From the NCBI GenBank assembly GCA_035507095.1, contig DATJOM010000074.1, positions 3,941-67,940 on the forward strand: a DNA stretch of 64,000 nucleotides, read 5' to 3'. How positions within the stretch are numbered: the first letter of the stretch is position 1; each line of letters begins with the position of its first letter. This DNA comes from Candidatus Acidiferrum sp. (GTDB lineage Bacteria > Vulcanimicrobiota > Vulcanimicrobiia > Vulcanimicrobiales > Vulcanimicrobiaceae). Shown here piece by piece: positions 27,770 through 37,545 of the stretch. The notes under the pieces were generated by a model. It was not told the DNA's origin. It worked only from the letters and a program-made list of their open reading frames with translations, and made no database searches. Both the position numbers and the translations under genes were made by a program.

Positions 27770-30667
27770 GTGACCTCGCCGCACGCTGCGCCGATAGACG
27801 GCGTCAGCATCCTGATTACCTCGTACAACTACGCAAGCTATCTCCCGCGGGCGATCGCGAGCGCGCGCGCGCAAGAGGCCCCCAATCTCGAGATCGTCAT
27901 CGTCGACAATGCGTCGACCGACGCATCGTGGGATATAATTCAAGCTTCCGCAGCCGAAGACGCGCGAATCCGGCCGTTTCGTAACGATACGAACGTCGGC
28001 CCGCTCGGCAACCATATGCGCGCCGCCGAGCACGCCCGTCACGAGCGCCTCTTGTATCTGGCCGCCGACGACGTCTTCTTCCCCGGACATCTCACGACGT
28101 TGCTCGGCGCGCACGCGGCGCAACCCGACATCGATTATTTCTTCACGTCCTATGTAAAGATCGATGATGACGACCGGTTTCTCGCGTTCTTTGGCCATAC
28201 CGGGCACTTGCGGGCACCGTACGCAGGCGGTCGAAACGAATTCGCCGATCTGCTGACCTACGATTGCTACGCGTGCTTTCCCACGACGCTCTGCCGGCGT
28301 AGCGATCTCCTCGCGCATCCTTTCGGTGACGAGATCCTCGCAGCCGACCTTGACTACTATCTGCGCCTTGCATCCGAAGGCAAGCGCTTTGGTTTCATCA
28401 ATCGCGCGGGCATGGCGATCCGTCTCCACGAGAATGAGCTCTCCGGACACGAGCGTTACGTGACAACCGGGCGGCAACTCACCGATCATGTGCTGCTTCT
28501 CGAACGGCACCTCGTTCCCAGCAACAACCACCTCATCGCAGGGCGCGAAGACGGCATCCTTCGGCTGCTCAAAGCAAAGATCGACAATCTCGTCGCCTAT
28601 CCAGCGCGCTTTAACGAGCTTGCCGCGGACCTCGCACCGCGGATCAAAGTGATTGAAGAACGGCTTCTCGCTTCACGCGCGCGCACGCATCGCGGTGCGC
28701 TTTCCAATCCAACGGTCAGCGTCGTCCTGTTGTGCGACGACGACGTCCAGGCTTGCGTCGCGGCCGCACAGGCGCTGGCCGCGCAGGATTACGAACGCAA
28801 AGAGATCATCGCGGTCCATCGCGGTCACGTCGACACATCGAAGCTACTCGCGGGCGCGCTGCGCCACGTAAGCGCGAACATCATGGTCCAAGGTCCGGCC
28901 TATTCACAAGCCGTCTCGTGGAACGACGCGCTGCGGCTCTGTAACGGTGAGGTCGTCGTCTACGCGGATCGCTTGACGTCGTGGCAACCCGGCCACCTTC
29001 GGCGCCTTGCGGGACATTTCGAAAAAAACGACATTGACGTTGTGTTGGTCCGTGGGGACGCGCTGTTCACGCGCGGCGGCCTCGATGCAATACGTTTCGA
29101 CCACTTCTACGGCGGTGCGTTCGCCGAGGACGCCGCCGTCGGCGAAGGCGTTCCACTTGCAACCGTGGCACACCGTCGTTCGCTCGTCGACGAGGTCGGA
29201 GGGATTGAAGAACAGCTCCCAATGCTCGCAGAGTTCGATTTCGTCGCGCGTCTGGTTACCGGTCGCAAGATCGGCGTTGATACCGAGCTGACCGTCACGC
29301 TTCGCAAACCGCTCGAAACGCCGCATCCCGCGATTGCGAATCCGAATGCGTACCTTTCGGCACTACAGCAGCTCTTTAAGGCGAGGCAAATCGCCGGACC
29401 GATCGGCGAGCGACGCGCGCTGCACCTGCGGCGCGTGCAAGCGTCGCTCCAAGCCTTCGTTGCGAACAAGACGAACGACGCGGCGACCGCGTTCTTGCGC
29501 ACGGCGCGCGGTCTGGTCGAGCCGGCAACCCGGCACGAAGGTGACCGGCCGCGCATCCTCGTCATCGATGACCTCGTACCATACGACGAACTCGGGCGGG
29601 GGTATCCGCGGGCGCGCAAGCTGCTCGAGAGCCTGCGCGACGGCGGCTACGACGTGCTCTTCTATCCGCTGGTTACGCCAAAAGATACACCGCCACTCGA
29701 CTATGGCATCCCGGGCATCGAACCACTCTACGGCCGGGGCCCGGAGCTGCTCGCACTTACGCTCGCCGAGCTCTTGCCCACGCTCGACGCGCTGTGGGTC
29801 AGCCGCCCGCATAATATGAAGTCGGTGCTCGAATCGCTTGCGTCGCTGGGCATCACCGAGCGTCGCTGGGGCTTCATCTACGATGCCGAGGCGATCTATG
29901 TCGAGCGTCACGCCGTGCAGGCAGAACTCGCCGGCAGACCGATACCGAAAACCGAGTACGAAGCATATCTCACCGAAGAGCTGCGCCTCACCGACGCATG
30001 CGACGCTGTCTCCGTCGTCTCCGCAGCCGATCGCGCGACGTTCGGGCAACGCTTTAAGGGACCGATCGAGACGATCTCGTTTTCAAACGCGGCTGCGCCG
30101 ACGAACGCGCCCTTCGCGCAGCGCGACGGCGCGCTCTTCGTCGGTGCCGTCGAACCGGGCAGTCCGAACGAGGATTCCCTGCTGTGGTATTGCGAGCACG
30201 TTGCGCCGCGTGTCGCGGCGACGCTCGGCTCGCCCGTGCGACACGCCGGCGTCATGGCCTCCGAGCGCGTGCGCGCCTATTCGCCCGAACGCGTCACACT
30301 TCTCGGTCTCGTGCCCGACCTGCGACCCGTCTACGAGCGCGCGCGCATCTTCATCGCGCCGACGCGTTTCGCTGCGGGACTTCCGCAAAAAGTGTACGAG
30401 GCGGCGGCGCACGGCGTCCCCGTGATCGTCACGCCGCTGCTCGCTCGCCAACTCGGCTGGAAAGACGGCGAGGAGTTACTCGTTGCGGAGACACCCGACC
30501 AGTGGGTCGCGGCGATCGAGCGGCTTTATACCGACGCAGCGTTGTGGCAGCGGTTGCGCGAGCGGGCGCTCGAAGCCGTGCGCCGCAGCGTCGCACCCGA
30601 TGCGTTTTCGGCAAGCGTCCTTCGCGTCGTCAGCGAAGCGCTTTCGGCCAGAAAGGCCTCAGCCTAG
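27770..30667 (+). CDS. three-domain glycosyltransferase (GT2 - GT2-like - GT4/GT1-like)
   Basis: ORF 27584..30667 trimmed to the GTG at 27770. Domain 1: VSILITSYNYASYLPRAIASARAQ...IVIVDNASTD...AADD. Domain 2: VSVVLLCDDDVQACVAAAQALAAQDY...IIAV. C-terminal RILVIDD...GLPQKVYEAAAHGVPVIVT is a GT4-type segment. Confidence 0.8.
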   Translation: MTSPHAAPIDGVSILITSYNYASYLPRAIASARAQEAPNLEIVIVDNASTDASWDIIQASAAEDARIRPFRNDTNVGPLGNHMRAAEHARHERLLYLAADDVFFPGHLTTLLGAHAAQPDIDYFFTSYVKIDDDDRFLAFFGHTGHLRAPYAGGRNEFADLLTYDCYACFPTTLCRRSDLLAHPFGDEILAADLDYYLRLASEGKRFGFINRAGMAIRLHENELSGHERYVTTGRQLTDHVLLLERHLVPSNNHLIAGREDGILRLLKAKIDNLVAYPARFNELAADLAPRIKVIEERLLASRARTHRGALSNPTVSVVLLCDDDVQACVAAAQALAAQDYERKEIIAVHRGHVDTSKLLAGALRHVSANIMVQGPAYSQAVSWNDALRLCNGEVVVYADRLTSWQPGHLRRLAGHFEKNDIDVVLVRGDALFTRGGLDAIRFDHFYGGAFAEDAAVGEGVPLATVAHRRSLVDEVGGIEEQLPMLAEFDFVARLVTGRKIGVDTELTVTLRKPLETPHPAIANPNAYLSALQQLFKARQIAGPIGERRALHLRRVQASLQAFVANKTNDAATAFLRTARGLVEPATRHEGDRPRILVIDDLVPYDELGRGYPRARKLLESLRDGGYDVLFYPLVTPKDTPPLDYGIPGIEPLYGRGPELLALTLAELLPTLDALWVSRPHNMKSVLESLASLGITERRWGFIYDAEAIYVERHAVQAELAGRPIPKTEYEAYLTEELRLTDACDAVSVVSAADRATFGQRFKGPIETISFSNAAAPTNAPFAQRDGALFVGAVEPGSPNEDSLLWYCEHVAPRVAATLGSPVRHAGVMASERVRAYSPERVTLLGLVPDLRPVYERARIFIAPTRFAAGLPQKVYEAAAHGVPVIVTPLLARQLGWKDGEELLVAETPDQWVAAIERLYTDAALWQRLRERALEAVRRSVAPDAFSASVLRVVSEALSARKASA

Positions 30668-30672
30668 CACCC

Positions 30673-31686
30673 GTGCGGACCTGTATCGTTCACATCGGCA
30701 CGCATAAGACCGGAACGACCTCGCTCCAGGTGTTCATGGCGCAGAATCGCACGACATTAGCGTCCGCCGGCCTGTACTTGCCCGACGCCGGCCGGCCTGC
30801 GCAAATCCCGATTGGGAATCATCAGTTGGCCTGGGATCTCCTCATGCGGGGCGAGAGCAAGGATCTGCCGTTGCTGACCGATGAGTTACGGAAGAACACG
30901 ATCGAGGGCGCCCTGATTACATCCGAAGATTTCGATCGTCTTCACGTCCGCCCCGAGACGATCGAACGTCTTGCCGAGGCGATCCGGTCCGCGGGTTACG
31001 TGCCGAAAGTCGTGGTCTATTTTCGACCGCAAGCCGGTTATGCAGAGTCCATTTACGTCGAGATGATCAAGCACGGCCACGTTCATCCGCTCGCAAACTT
31101 CCTCGAGCCTAGCATCTCGAACGGAATGTACCGACAGGGCGACTCACCGGTCGTCATGGATTTTTTGTATACGCGAATTCTCGAGCCCTGGGTTCGAGTG
31201 TTCGGGAAAGAACATGTAATCGTCCGAGCCTACGATCCCGCACGCGCGAGCGAGCACATCTTCCAGGATTTCTTCAACGTGCTCATGCAGGCCGTTCCCG
31301 GCTTCGGCCGCAAGCCCTTAGAGCTCGCAGTCAGTCAACCGCGCGCAAACGACAGCCTGACATTCGGTGCCTTGCTCGACACAGCGTTTGCGAAGCTATT
31401 CCCCCATGGCCGTCCGGAAGCCGAGCCGCGCGGACTACTGCGTTCCAAGCTTCCAGACTTTCCGGCCGATCTTTTAAATGCGCGCTACGCGCTCTTCTCG
31501 CGCGATGAGACGCTCAAGCTGCTCGCAGCGCTGGGTCCCGACAATGCGGTCATCGAGCGAGAGTACGGCGCACATATCGGCTTTCAAAACGAGCGCGATA
31601 TTGCTCCGCAAGACGATCCTGTCTGGCGAAAAGCAACGGTAGAACGCGCGATCTTCGATCAATTCCTTGCGCTCTGGACGTCCTAG
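30673..31686 (+). CDS. putative PAPS-dependent sulfotransferase
   Basis: ORF 30184..31686 trimmed to the GTG at 30673, 6 nt after the GT stop. (M)RTCIVHIGTHKTGTTSLQ resembles the 5'-PSB loop, and VVVYFRPQAGYAES sits in the 3'-PB position. About 337 aa. Confidence 0.62.
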   Translation: MRTCIVHIGTHKTGTTSLQVFMAQNRTTLASAGLYLPDAGRPAQIPIGNHQLAWDLLMRGESKDLPLLTDELRKNTIEGALITSEDFDRLHVRPETIERLAEAIRSAGYVPKVVVYFRPQAGYAESIYVEMIKHGHVHPLANFLEPSISNGMYRQGDSPVVMDFLYTRILEPWVRVFGKEHVIVRAYDPARASEHIFQDFFNVLMQAVPGFGRKPLELAVSQPRANDSLTFGALLDTAFAKLFPHGRPEAEPRGLLRSKLPDFPADLLNARYALFSRDETLKLLAALGPDNAVIEREYGAHIGFQNERDIAPQDDPVWRKATVERAIFDQFLALWTS

Positions 31687-32444
31687 AAAAATAGACGGAC
31701 GCCCACGATCACCAATATCAGCGAAAGCCCGACGCGAAAGGCACGTTCGGGGAGGCGCTTCGCAAGCGGCGTCCCGACGAGCACGCCCGGAATCGAACCT
31801 GCAAGCAGCAGCCCCGCGAGCCGCACGTTTACATCGCCCAGTTTGAAGTGACCGATAATCGCCGGCACGAGCAAGACCACGGCAAAGGCCACATCGGTAC
31901 CGACCAGCGTGCGTAGCTGAGCTTGCGAGAGCACGAGCAAGAGCAGCGGCAGGGTCAGTGACCCGCTGCCGATCGAAGTGATACTGACCAGCGTCCCGAC
32001 CACGAAGCCCGTGACCACGAGCGGCACGTGCGGCAGCGCCTGCGGCGGCGCGTCTTTGTCGGCCGCGATCGATTTCGTGAACGCGACCGCGGCAGCGGCA
32101 ACGAGCAAGGCGACGCCGAGCGCGATACGTAGCACGTGATTTACCGTGCCGAGCGGGAGATGCGCATGCAGCCATCCGGTGATCAAGACGCCAACGATCG
32201 CGCCGGGTACGCCACCCAGCGAGAGAAAGAGCAGCGCACCGTAATGCACGGTTTGCGCGCGCATGTGCGTAAGGAATGCAACGATCTTCGTGCCGAGGCT
32301 AAAGAGCAGGTCCGAACCGATCGCGGTGCTCGCGTTGTAGCCGAGAAACAAAACGATGAGCGGCGTCGTAAGCGAGCCGGCTCCGACGCCCGAATATGAG
32401 ATGCACAAGCCGACGATGAACCCGACGAGAATCGTCTGAATCAT
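31683..32444 (-). CDS. TSUP (TauE/SafE) family anion permease
   Basis: 253 aa and about 8 hydrophobic helices, with the two-repeat pattern typical of the TauE/SafE family. 4-nt overlap with the cysNC stop. Confidence 0.78.
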   Translation of the reverse strand: MIQTILVGFIVGLCISYSGVGAGSLTTPLIVLFLGYNASTAIGSDLLFSLGTKIVAFLTHMRAQTVHYGALLFLSLGGVPGAIVGVLITGWLHAHLPLGTVNHVLRIALGVALLVAAAAVAFTKSIAADKDAPPQALPHVPLVVTGFVVGTLVSITSIGSGSLTLPLLLLVLSQAQLRTLVGTDVAFAVVLLVPAIIGHFKLGDVNVRLAGLLLAGSIPGVLVGTPLAKRLPERAFRVGLSLILVIVGVRLFF

Positions 32445-34273
32445 CGCGTCCTCACGTGCGATTCGATGTACTCTAACAACAACGCTGCGGACTCCTCGAT
32501 ACGATGGGTCGCCGTATCAACGATCAGTTCAGGACGTTCGGGCACTTCGTACGGCGAGGAAACGCCCGTGAAATGCGCGAGTTCGCCGCGCCGCGCACGT
32601 CCGTAGTGGCCCTTGACGTCTCGGCCTTCCGCCGTGACCAGATCGCACGAGACGTAAATCTCATGAAAGCCGTTCGGATAGGCGGAGCGCGCGAGTTCGC
32701 GATCGGCGGCGAACGGCGAGATCAGCGCGCAGATAACGATCATGCCGGCATCGGCAAAAACGCCGGCGACGGCCGCGGTGCGCCGCACGTTCTCCGAGCG
32801 ATCCTCGTCGCTGAACCCGAGATCGACGTTCAGCGACGTGCGCAGCGTATCGCCGTCAAGCACGTAGACTTGGCGACCGCGTTCGAAGAGCATGCGTTGC
32901 GCGGCCATCGCGACCGTAGATTTGCCCGCGCTCGGCAATCCGGTGAGCCAAAACACGCCGCCGGCGTGGCCGTTGCGAACCGTGCGCTCCACCCGCTCGA
33001 CCGACGACGTCATCGCAACGACGTTGGTTGCGCCCTCGCCACGTGCATGACCGAGCACCGCGTCGATGCGACCGCCGGCTACTATTGCACCGCCGCGCAG
33101 CAGCACAAAACGGCCGAGGCTCGACTCGGAAAGATGCGGGTCACCGGCGATCAGCTCGCGTGAGACCAACGACACCACGCCGACGTCGCCGCTGCACAGC
33201 TCTTCCGCTTCGCGCGGTTCGAGCGTGTCCGGATCGATCATCTCCTCGATCTTCTGCAGTGTCACCGGGATCTCGCGCGTACCCAAGCGCATGCGCAGTG
33301 CTTCGCCCGAGCCGACGGGATCGCGGCCGAGCCAGACAACCGTCGTTTGCACGACGTGGCCGAGCTCGGGCGCGTCCGTCGCGCGGCTGCCCACGGCACC
33401 GCGGTCGACAAACACTCGCGCGTCGAGTTCGACCGCGACCGACGATCCCGCCGACGCACGTTCGACTTCGCGCGGCCACTGGTGGACGGTGACGACGCGC
33501 GCGCCGGTCTGCAGGGGCCAAAAGGTAAGAAACTCGCCGCGCTCGAGCGTGCCGCTTTCAACCCGACCCGCGATCAGACGTTTGCCGTCGCGCCGATAGA
33601 CGTCTTGCACGACGAAGCGCAGGGGACCGTCCTGGCGCACGTCGGTGCGCTCGAGCGTTCCGAGCGCCTCGAGCAAGGTCGGCCCGCGCCACCATGCCGT
33701 CAGCGGACCGGGCTTCACGATGCCGTCGCCGCTGCGCGCCGCCACCGGCACGATCGCGCGCGCGTGCATCCCGAGCTGTTCGAGAAACGCGCGCACCTCG
33801 CTCGCACGCTGCTCGTAGGCAGCCTGCGGGTCTTTGGCGAGATCGAGCTTGTTGATTGCCACGAGTACGTTGGCAAACCCGAACCAACGCAAGAAGAGCG
33901 CTTGCCGCCGCGTTTGCAACGTGATGCCTTCGTCGGCGGCGACGACCATTATCGCAGCGTCGACTTCGGATGCGCCGCTGAGCAGATTGCGAATGAGCTC
34001 GCGATGGCCGGGCGCGTCGACAAAAACGAACTCGGCGTCGGGCGTGCGCACCCAGATGCGCGTGAGATCCAGCGTGATCGCCTGATCGCGTTCCAATTGG
34101 AATGCGTCGAGTAGAAACGAGTACTCGATCGGAACGCCGCGCTTGGCACTGGAGCTTTCGAGCTCTTCGAGTTTTGCCGGCGTCACAAGTCCGAGATCGA
34201 CGAGGAGGCGGCCGAGGATCGTGGACTTGCCGGCATCCACGTCGCCGACCATTACAATGCGAACGTTCTTCAC
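32441..34273 (-). CDS. cysNC: bifunctional sulfate adenylyltransferase subunit 1 / adenylylsulfate kinase (CysN-CysC fusion, NodQ-like)
   Basis: N-terminal GTPase (GDVDAGKSTILGRLL, DAPGH, NKLD). C-terminal APS kinase P-loop (FWLTGLPSAGKSTVA). 610 aa. Confidence 0.92.
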   Translation of the reverse strand: MKNVRIVMVGDVDAGKSTILGRLLVDLGLVTPAKLEELESSSAKRGVPIEYSFLLDAFQLERDQAITLDLTRIWVRTPDAEFVFVDAPGHRELIRNLLSGASEVDAAIMVVAADEGITLQTRRQALFLRWFGFANVLVAINKLDLAKDPQAAYEQRASEVRAFLEQLGMHARAIVPVAARSGDGIVKPGPLTAWWRGPTLLEALGTLERTDVRQDGPLRFVVQDVYRRDGKRLIAGRVESGTLERGEFLTFWPLQTGARVVTVHQWPREVERASAGSSVAVELDARVFVDRGAVGSRATDAPELGHVVQTTVVWLGRDPVGSGEALRMRLGTREIPVTLQKIEEMIDPDTLEPREAEELCSGDVGVVSLVSRELIAGDPHLSESSLGRFVLLRGGAIVAGGRIDAVLGHARGEGATNVVAMTSSVERVERTVRNGHAGGVFWLTGLPSAGKSTVAMAAQRMLFERGRQVYVLDGDTLRTSLNVDLGFSDEDRSENVRRTAAVAGVFADAGMIVICALISPFAADRELARSAYPNGFHEIYVSCDLVTAEGRDVKGHYGRARRGELAHFTGVSSPYEVPERPELIVDTATHRIEESAALLLEYIESHVRTR

Positions 34274-35073
34274 ATGTACCCCGTGGTGCGCAAACGTTCG
34301 AACGCGTCTTCGCTCTCGTTGTCCATGGCACGGCCGGCGCGTTCCGGTTCGCGCGTCACTTCCAACTCAGCGATGATCTTCTCGAGCGTGTCGGCATTGC
34401 TCGCAATCGGAAACGTGATGTTGCTTTCCCCGAGCGAGCGAAAGCGCTTCCCCGCCTTCGCAAGATACAGCGGAACGTATGGAATCTGCTCGCGCAACGT
34501 GTAGCGCCAGATGTCCAGCTCGGTCCAATGCAAGAGCGGATGGATTCGCACGTGTGCGCCATCCGGCACGTCGTATGCATAGTAATCCCACAGTTCGGGC
34601 GGTTGTCCGCGCGGATCCCACGAACCGTCGGCGTTGCGCGGGCTGAAGATCCGCTCTTTCGCGCGAATCGCCTGTTCGTCGCGCCGAATGCCGAGAATGA
34701 TACCGCGATAGCCTTCACGCGCGAGCAGCGCGCGCAAACCCGCCGTCTTGCGCGCGGCGTGACGCGCTGCCGGCGGCAAGGTTTGATCGACACTGCTCTC
34801 CGGCGGACATAGTTCATTTGCGACCGGGAGATTCCACTGCGTAACCAAGCGGTCGCGGAACGCGTAGACCTCCTCGAACTCCATGCCCGTGTCGAGCAGC
34901 ACGACCGGAAACGGCACCTCGCCGAGGAAGGCCTTACGGACCATCCACAACAGTGCGGTCGAGTCTTTGCCGATCGACCACAGCATCGCAAGCGGTGAGA
35001 CGCACGAGAAGGCTTCACGCAGGATGAAGATCGTGCGTGCTTCGAGTTCGTCGAGGTAGTCGAGGCGGGACAT
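34270..35073 (-). CDS. cysD: sulfate adenylyltransferase subunit 2 (NodP-like)
   Basis: PAPS_reduct-fold CysD pattern (SIGKDSTALLWMVRKAF...; C-terminal ...DNESEDAFERLRTTGYM). 4-nt overlap with the cysNC start. Confidence 0.92.
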   Translation of the reverse strand: MSRLDYLDELEARTIFILREAFSCVSPLAMLWSIGKDSTALLWMVRKAFLGEVPFPVVLLDTGMEFEEVYAFRDRLVTQWNLPVANELCPPESSVDQTLPPAARHAARKTAGLRALLAREGYRGIILGIRRDEQAIRAKERIFSPRNADGSWDPRGQPPELWDYYAYDVPDGAHVRIHPLLHWTELDIWRYTLREQIPYVPLYLAKAGKRFRSLGESNITFPIASNADTLEKIIAELEVTREPERAGRAMDNESEDAFERLRTTGYM

Positions 35074-35170
35074 CGGTCCTAACTCTCGACCTTGGCTTTG
35101 TAAGGTCCTCGTTTGTTAGAGCGAGTACACAATGACTTTGCGCTTGCGGGTCTAACCTATCGGTGGCGTT

Positions 35171-36109
35171 ATGTCACGGTACTTCGAGTTTTTCGGCCTC
35201 GAACGCGACCCGTTCTTGGATACGGCCGACCCGTTTTTCTATTGCGAGTTCGGCGCGTTGCGTAAGGCGAAGGAGCGGCTTTACGCCTCGGTCGACGCGT
35301 CGCGCGGCCTCACCGTGATTTTGGGTGACCCAGGCACCGGAAAGACCAGCCTCTCGGGCGCGCTCGAGCAGGAGCTCCTTGCCGACGACCGGGTCGTGCT
35401 CGCGAAGATTCTCGATCCCGCGTTCGCGACCGAGATCGAGTTTCTGATCGCTATCGGGCGCGTCTTCGGCCTCGCGCTGCCGCCGCGATCGAGCGCCGCC
35501 CTCAAGAATGCGCTCAAGAACTTCTTCTTCGAGACGGCGATCCTCGAGAAGCGCAACCTCGTGCTGACGATCGACGAAGCGCAGAACCTCAGTGACGAGA
35601 ACCTCGAAGCACTGCGCTTGCTCTTGAACTATCACGTGCCGCAGCGAAAGCTGCTCAATATCTTGCTCTTTGGGCAGAGCGAGCTAGCCGACCGCATCCG
35701 CGCCAAGGGGAACCTCGAAGATCGCGTCGATGGGTGGATTCGGCTCGCCCGGCTCGATCCGGGAATGGCCTCGGCGGTGCTCGATTTCCGCCTTTCCAAG
35801 GCGGGCTTGCTGCCCGAGCGCCAACTCTTCACGCCGGACGCGCGCACCCAGCTGGTCGACGCCGCAGACGGCCTGCCGCGCCGGCTCACGATGCTGGCGC
35901 ACGCCGCGATGCAAGAAGCGGCTGACCGCGCGAGCACCCTGGTCAACGAAGATCACGTCCGCTCGGCGATGCTGGCGCGCGGCATCGCGCCGCACGCGCC
36001 CGCGTCCCCCGTACGGACCGAGAACGGGGTCGTCGAAGCCGGCGAGGCCATTGCGACGCAGCCGGCGCGTGGGCTCCTTGGCCGCCTCTTTGCACGCCGC
36101 TCGTCATGA
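35171..36109 (+). CDS. ExeA/MshM-like AAA+ ATPase
   Basis: N-terminal FFGLERDPF motif. Walker A GDPGTGKTS and Walker B LVLTIDEAQNL. Overall layout of ExeA-type (AAA_22) secretion/EPS-associated ATPases. Confidence 0.75.
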   Translation: MSRYFEFFGLERDPFLDTADPFFYCEFGALRKAKERLYASVDASRGLTVILGDPGTGKTSLSGALEQELLADDRVVLAKILDPAFATEIEFLIAIGRVFGLALPPRSSAALKNALKNFFFETAILEKRNLVLTIDEAQNLSDENLEALRLLLNYHVPQRKLLNILLFGQSELADRIRAKGNLEDRVDGWIRLARLDPGMASAVLDFRLSKAGLLPERQLFTPDARTQLVDAADGLPRRLTMLAHAAMQEAADRASTLVNEDHVRSAMLARGIAPHAPASPVRTENGVVEAGEAIATQPARGLLGRLFARRSS

Positions 36110-37545
36110 ATCGCGAGCCGGACTTTGAGTCCAGCGCCGACATGCGACTGCTCGAGCTGCAACGCTCGTCGCTCGGGCTCGTGGCGCCGGAGCGCGCGGC
36201 GTGGGAATCTCGCTACGCCGTAGACTCCACCCCCGGTGTCGACGTCACGCTGGAAACGCCGGCCCCGAGCAGCGCGGTGCTCGCGGTAACGCTGACGGCA
36301 ACCCCGCCGGGGGACGTGATCCCCGGCACGGTCATTACGTACGCGCTGAGCCTGGTGAACGACGGAGCCGCGGCGGCGACCGCGGTGGTCGCGGCGGTGC
36401 CGCTCCCTGCCGGCGTCTCATACCGGCTCGGCTCGCTGCAAATCGACGGCAGGCCAGCCGACGACAGCAGTGCCGATCGCCTCTTCGCAAGCGGGTTCGA
36501 GCTGCGCACCGTGGCCCCGGGAAGTCGCGCGACGCTGCTCTGGAAAGTCGGCGTCCGGATGGGCACCAAGCCCCTGATCGTCATTCCGCAGGTGCGCGCG
36601 CGCGCGACCGCGATCATCGGTGGCGGCCCGGTGGTCGTCGAACGCAAGGGCGCAACCGGCGCCTTCGCCGGAGAACTCGCCGCAGCCGATCGCGTCATGT
36701 TTGAGCCGCAACCCTTGATTCCGGTCGAGATCCCGGCTGATGAGCTCCCCATCTACGAACTCGACGCCGAAGAGCAAATCGTCTACGAGGCCGCCGATGC
36801 AGCGCTGTCCAGCGCCGCCCCGCCACCCGAACCGCTCGCCGAGCCGGAACCGCAGATCATCCCCGAACCGGCAACGGAGCCGGCACCGCCGCGCGAGGCC
36901 GTCGTCCTGTACGGCGCGCTCGAGCGTCCTACACTCGCCTTCTTCGAGCGCGTTTTCAATGGGTCGAAAGATCCGACGATCTTACAGCATTGCATCTTTG
37001 CAAGCGCGCTGGCGTGCGCCGTTGACGTCGACGGCACCGACGCCGTCGGCTTGCGGGCGCACCTCTCGGCGCAGTCGCAGATTCTTCATCGCGCCTCTTT
37101 GCATGAAAAGCTCGGCAAGAAAGAGCCGATCAGCGAGTACGCCGGCCAGTTGCTCGCCAAGATCGACGCGATCGCGCCGGTCCCGGTGCATCCCGTCGCG
37201 CAATTTAGCACGGATCGTCTGGTGCTCGCGAACGAACTTCACGAGCCCGCACTCGTGGTCGTGCGCAAGATCGCCGAAGAACGGGAGCGTTGGGACTTCA
37301 TCAAAGCGCGTCAACTCACGCTCGCGTTGCAGGCACAGCGCGTCGTGCTGGCGGACGACGCAAAGGCTGCCAACATCGACAACGCACTTCGGGCCTACGC
37401 ACAACACGCGATGACGGTCTTACAGAAGCTCTTCGTGCGCTTGCGACTGGATAAAACCACGGGCGTGCTCTTCCAGACCGAGCCGTCGCTCGATAACGCC
37501 GCGCGCGCGCTGCTCGCCGCGTGCGCCGCCGCAATGCCGAGTTGA
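36106..37545 (+). CDS. hypothetical protein: DUF11-like beta domain, proline/glutamate-rich linker, helical C-terminal domain
   Basis: ATGA overlap with the upstream gene. LTATPPGDVIPGTVITYALSLVNDGAAAATAVVAAVPLPAGVSYRLGSLQIDG resembles the conserved-repeat (DUF11) fold pattern. Linker PPPEPLAEPEPQIIPEPATEPAPP. No signal peptide seen. Confidence 0.55.
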   Translation: MNREPDFESSADMRLLELQRSSLGLVAPERAAWESRYAVDSTPGVDVTLETPAPSSAVLAVTLTATPPGDVIPGTVITYALSLVNDGAAAATAVVAAVPLPAGVSYRLGSLQIDGRPADDSSADRLFASGFELRTVAPGSRATLLWKVGVRMGTKPLIVIPQVRARATAIIGGGPVVVERKGATGAFAGELAAADRVMFEPQPLIPVEIPADELPIYELDAEEQIVYEAADAALSSAAPPPEPLAEPEPQIIPEPATEPAPPREAVVLYGALERPTLAFFERVFNGSKDPTILQHCIFASALACAVDVDGTDAVGLRAHLSAQSQILHRASLHEKLGKKEPISEYAGQLLAKIDAIAPVPVHPVAQFSTDRLVLANELHEPALVVVRKIAEERERWDFIKARQLTLALQAQRVVLADDAKAANIDNALRAYAQHAMTVLQKLFVRLRLDKTTGVLFQTEPSLDNAARALLAACAAAMPS

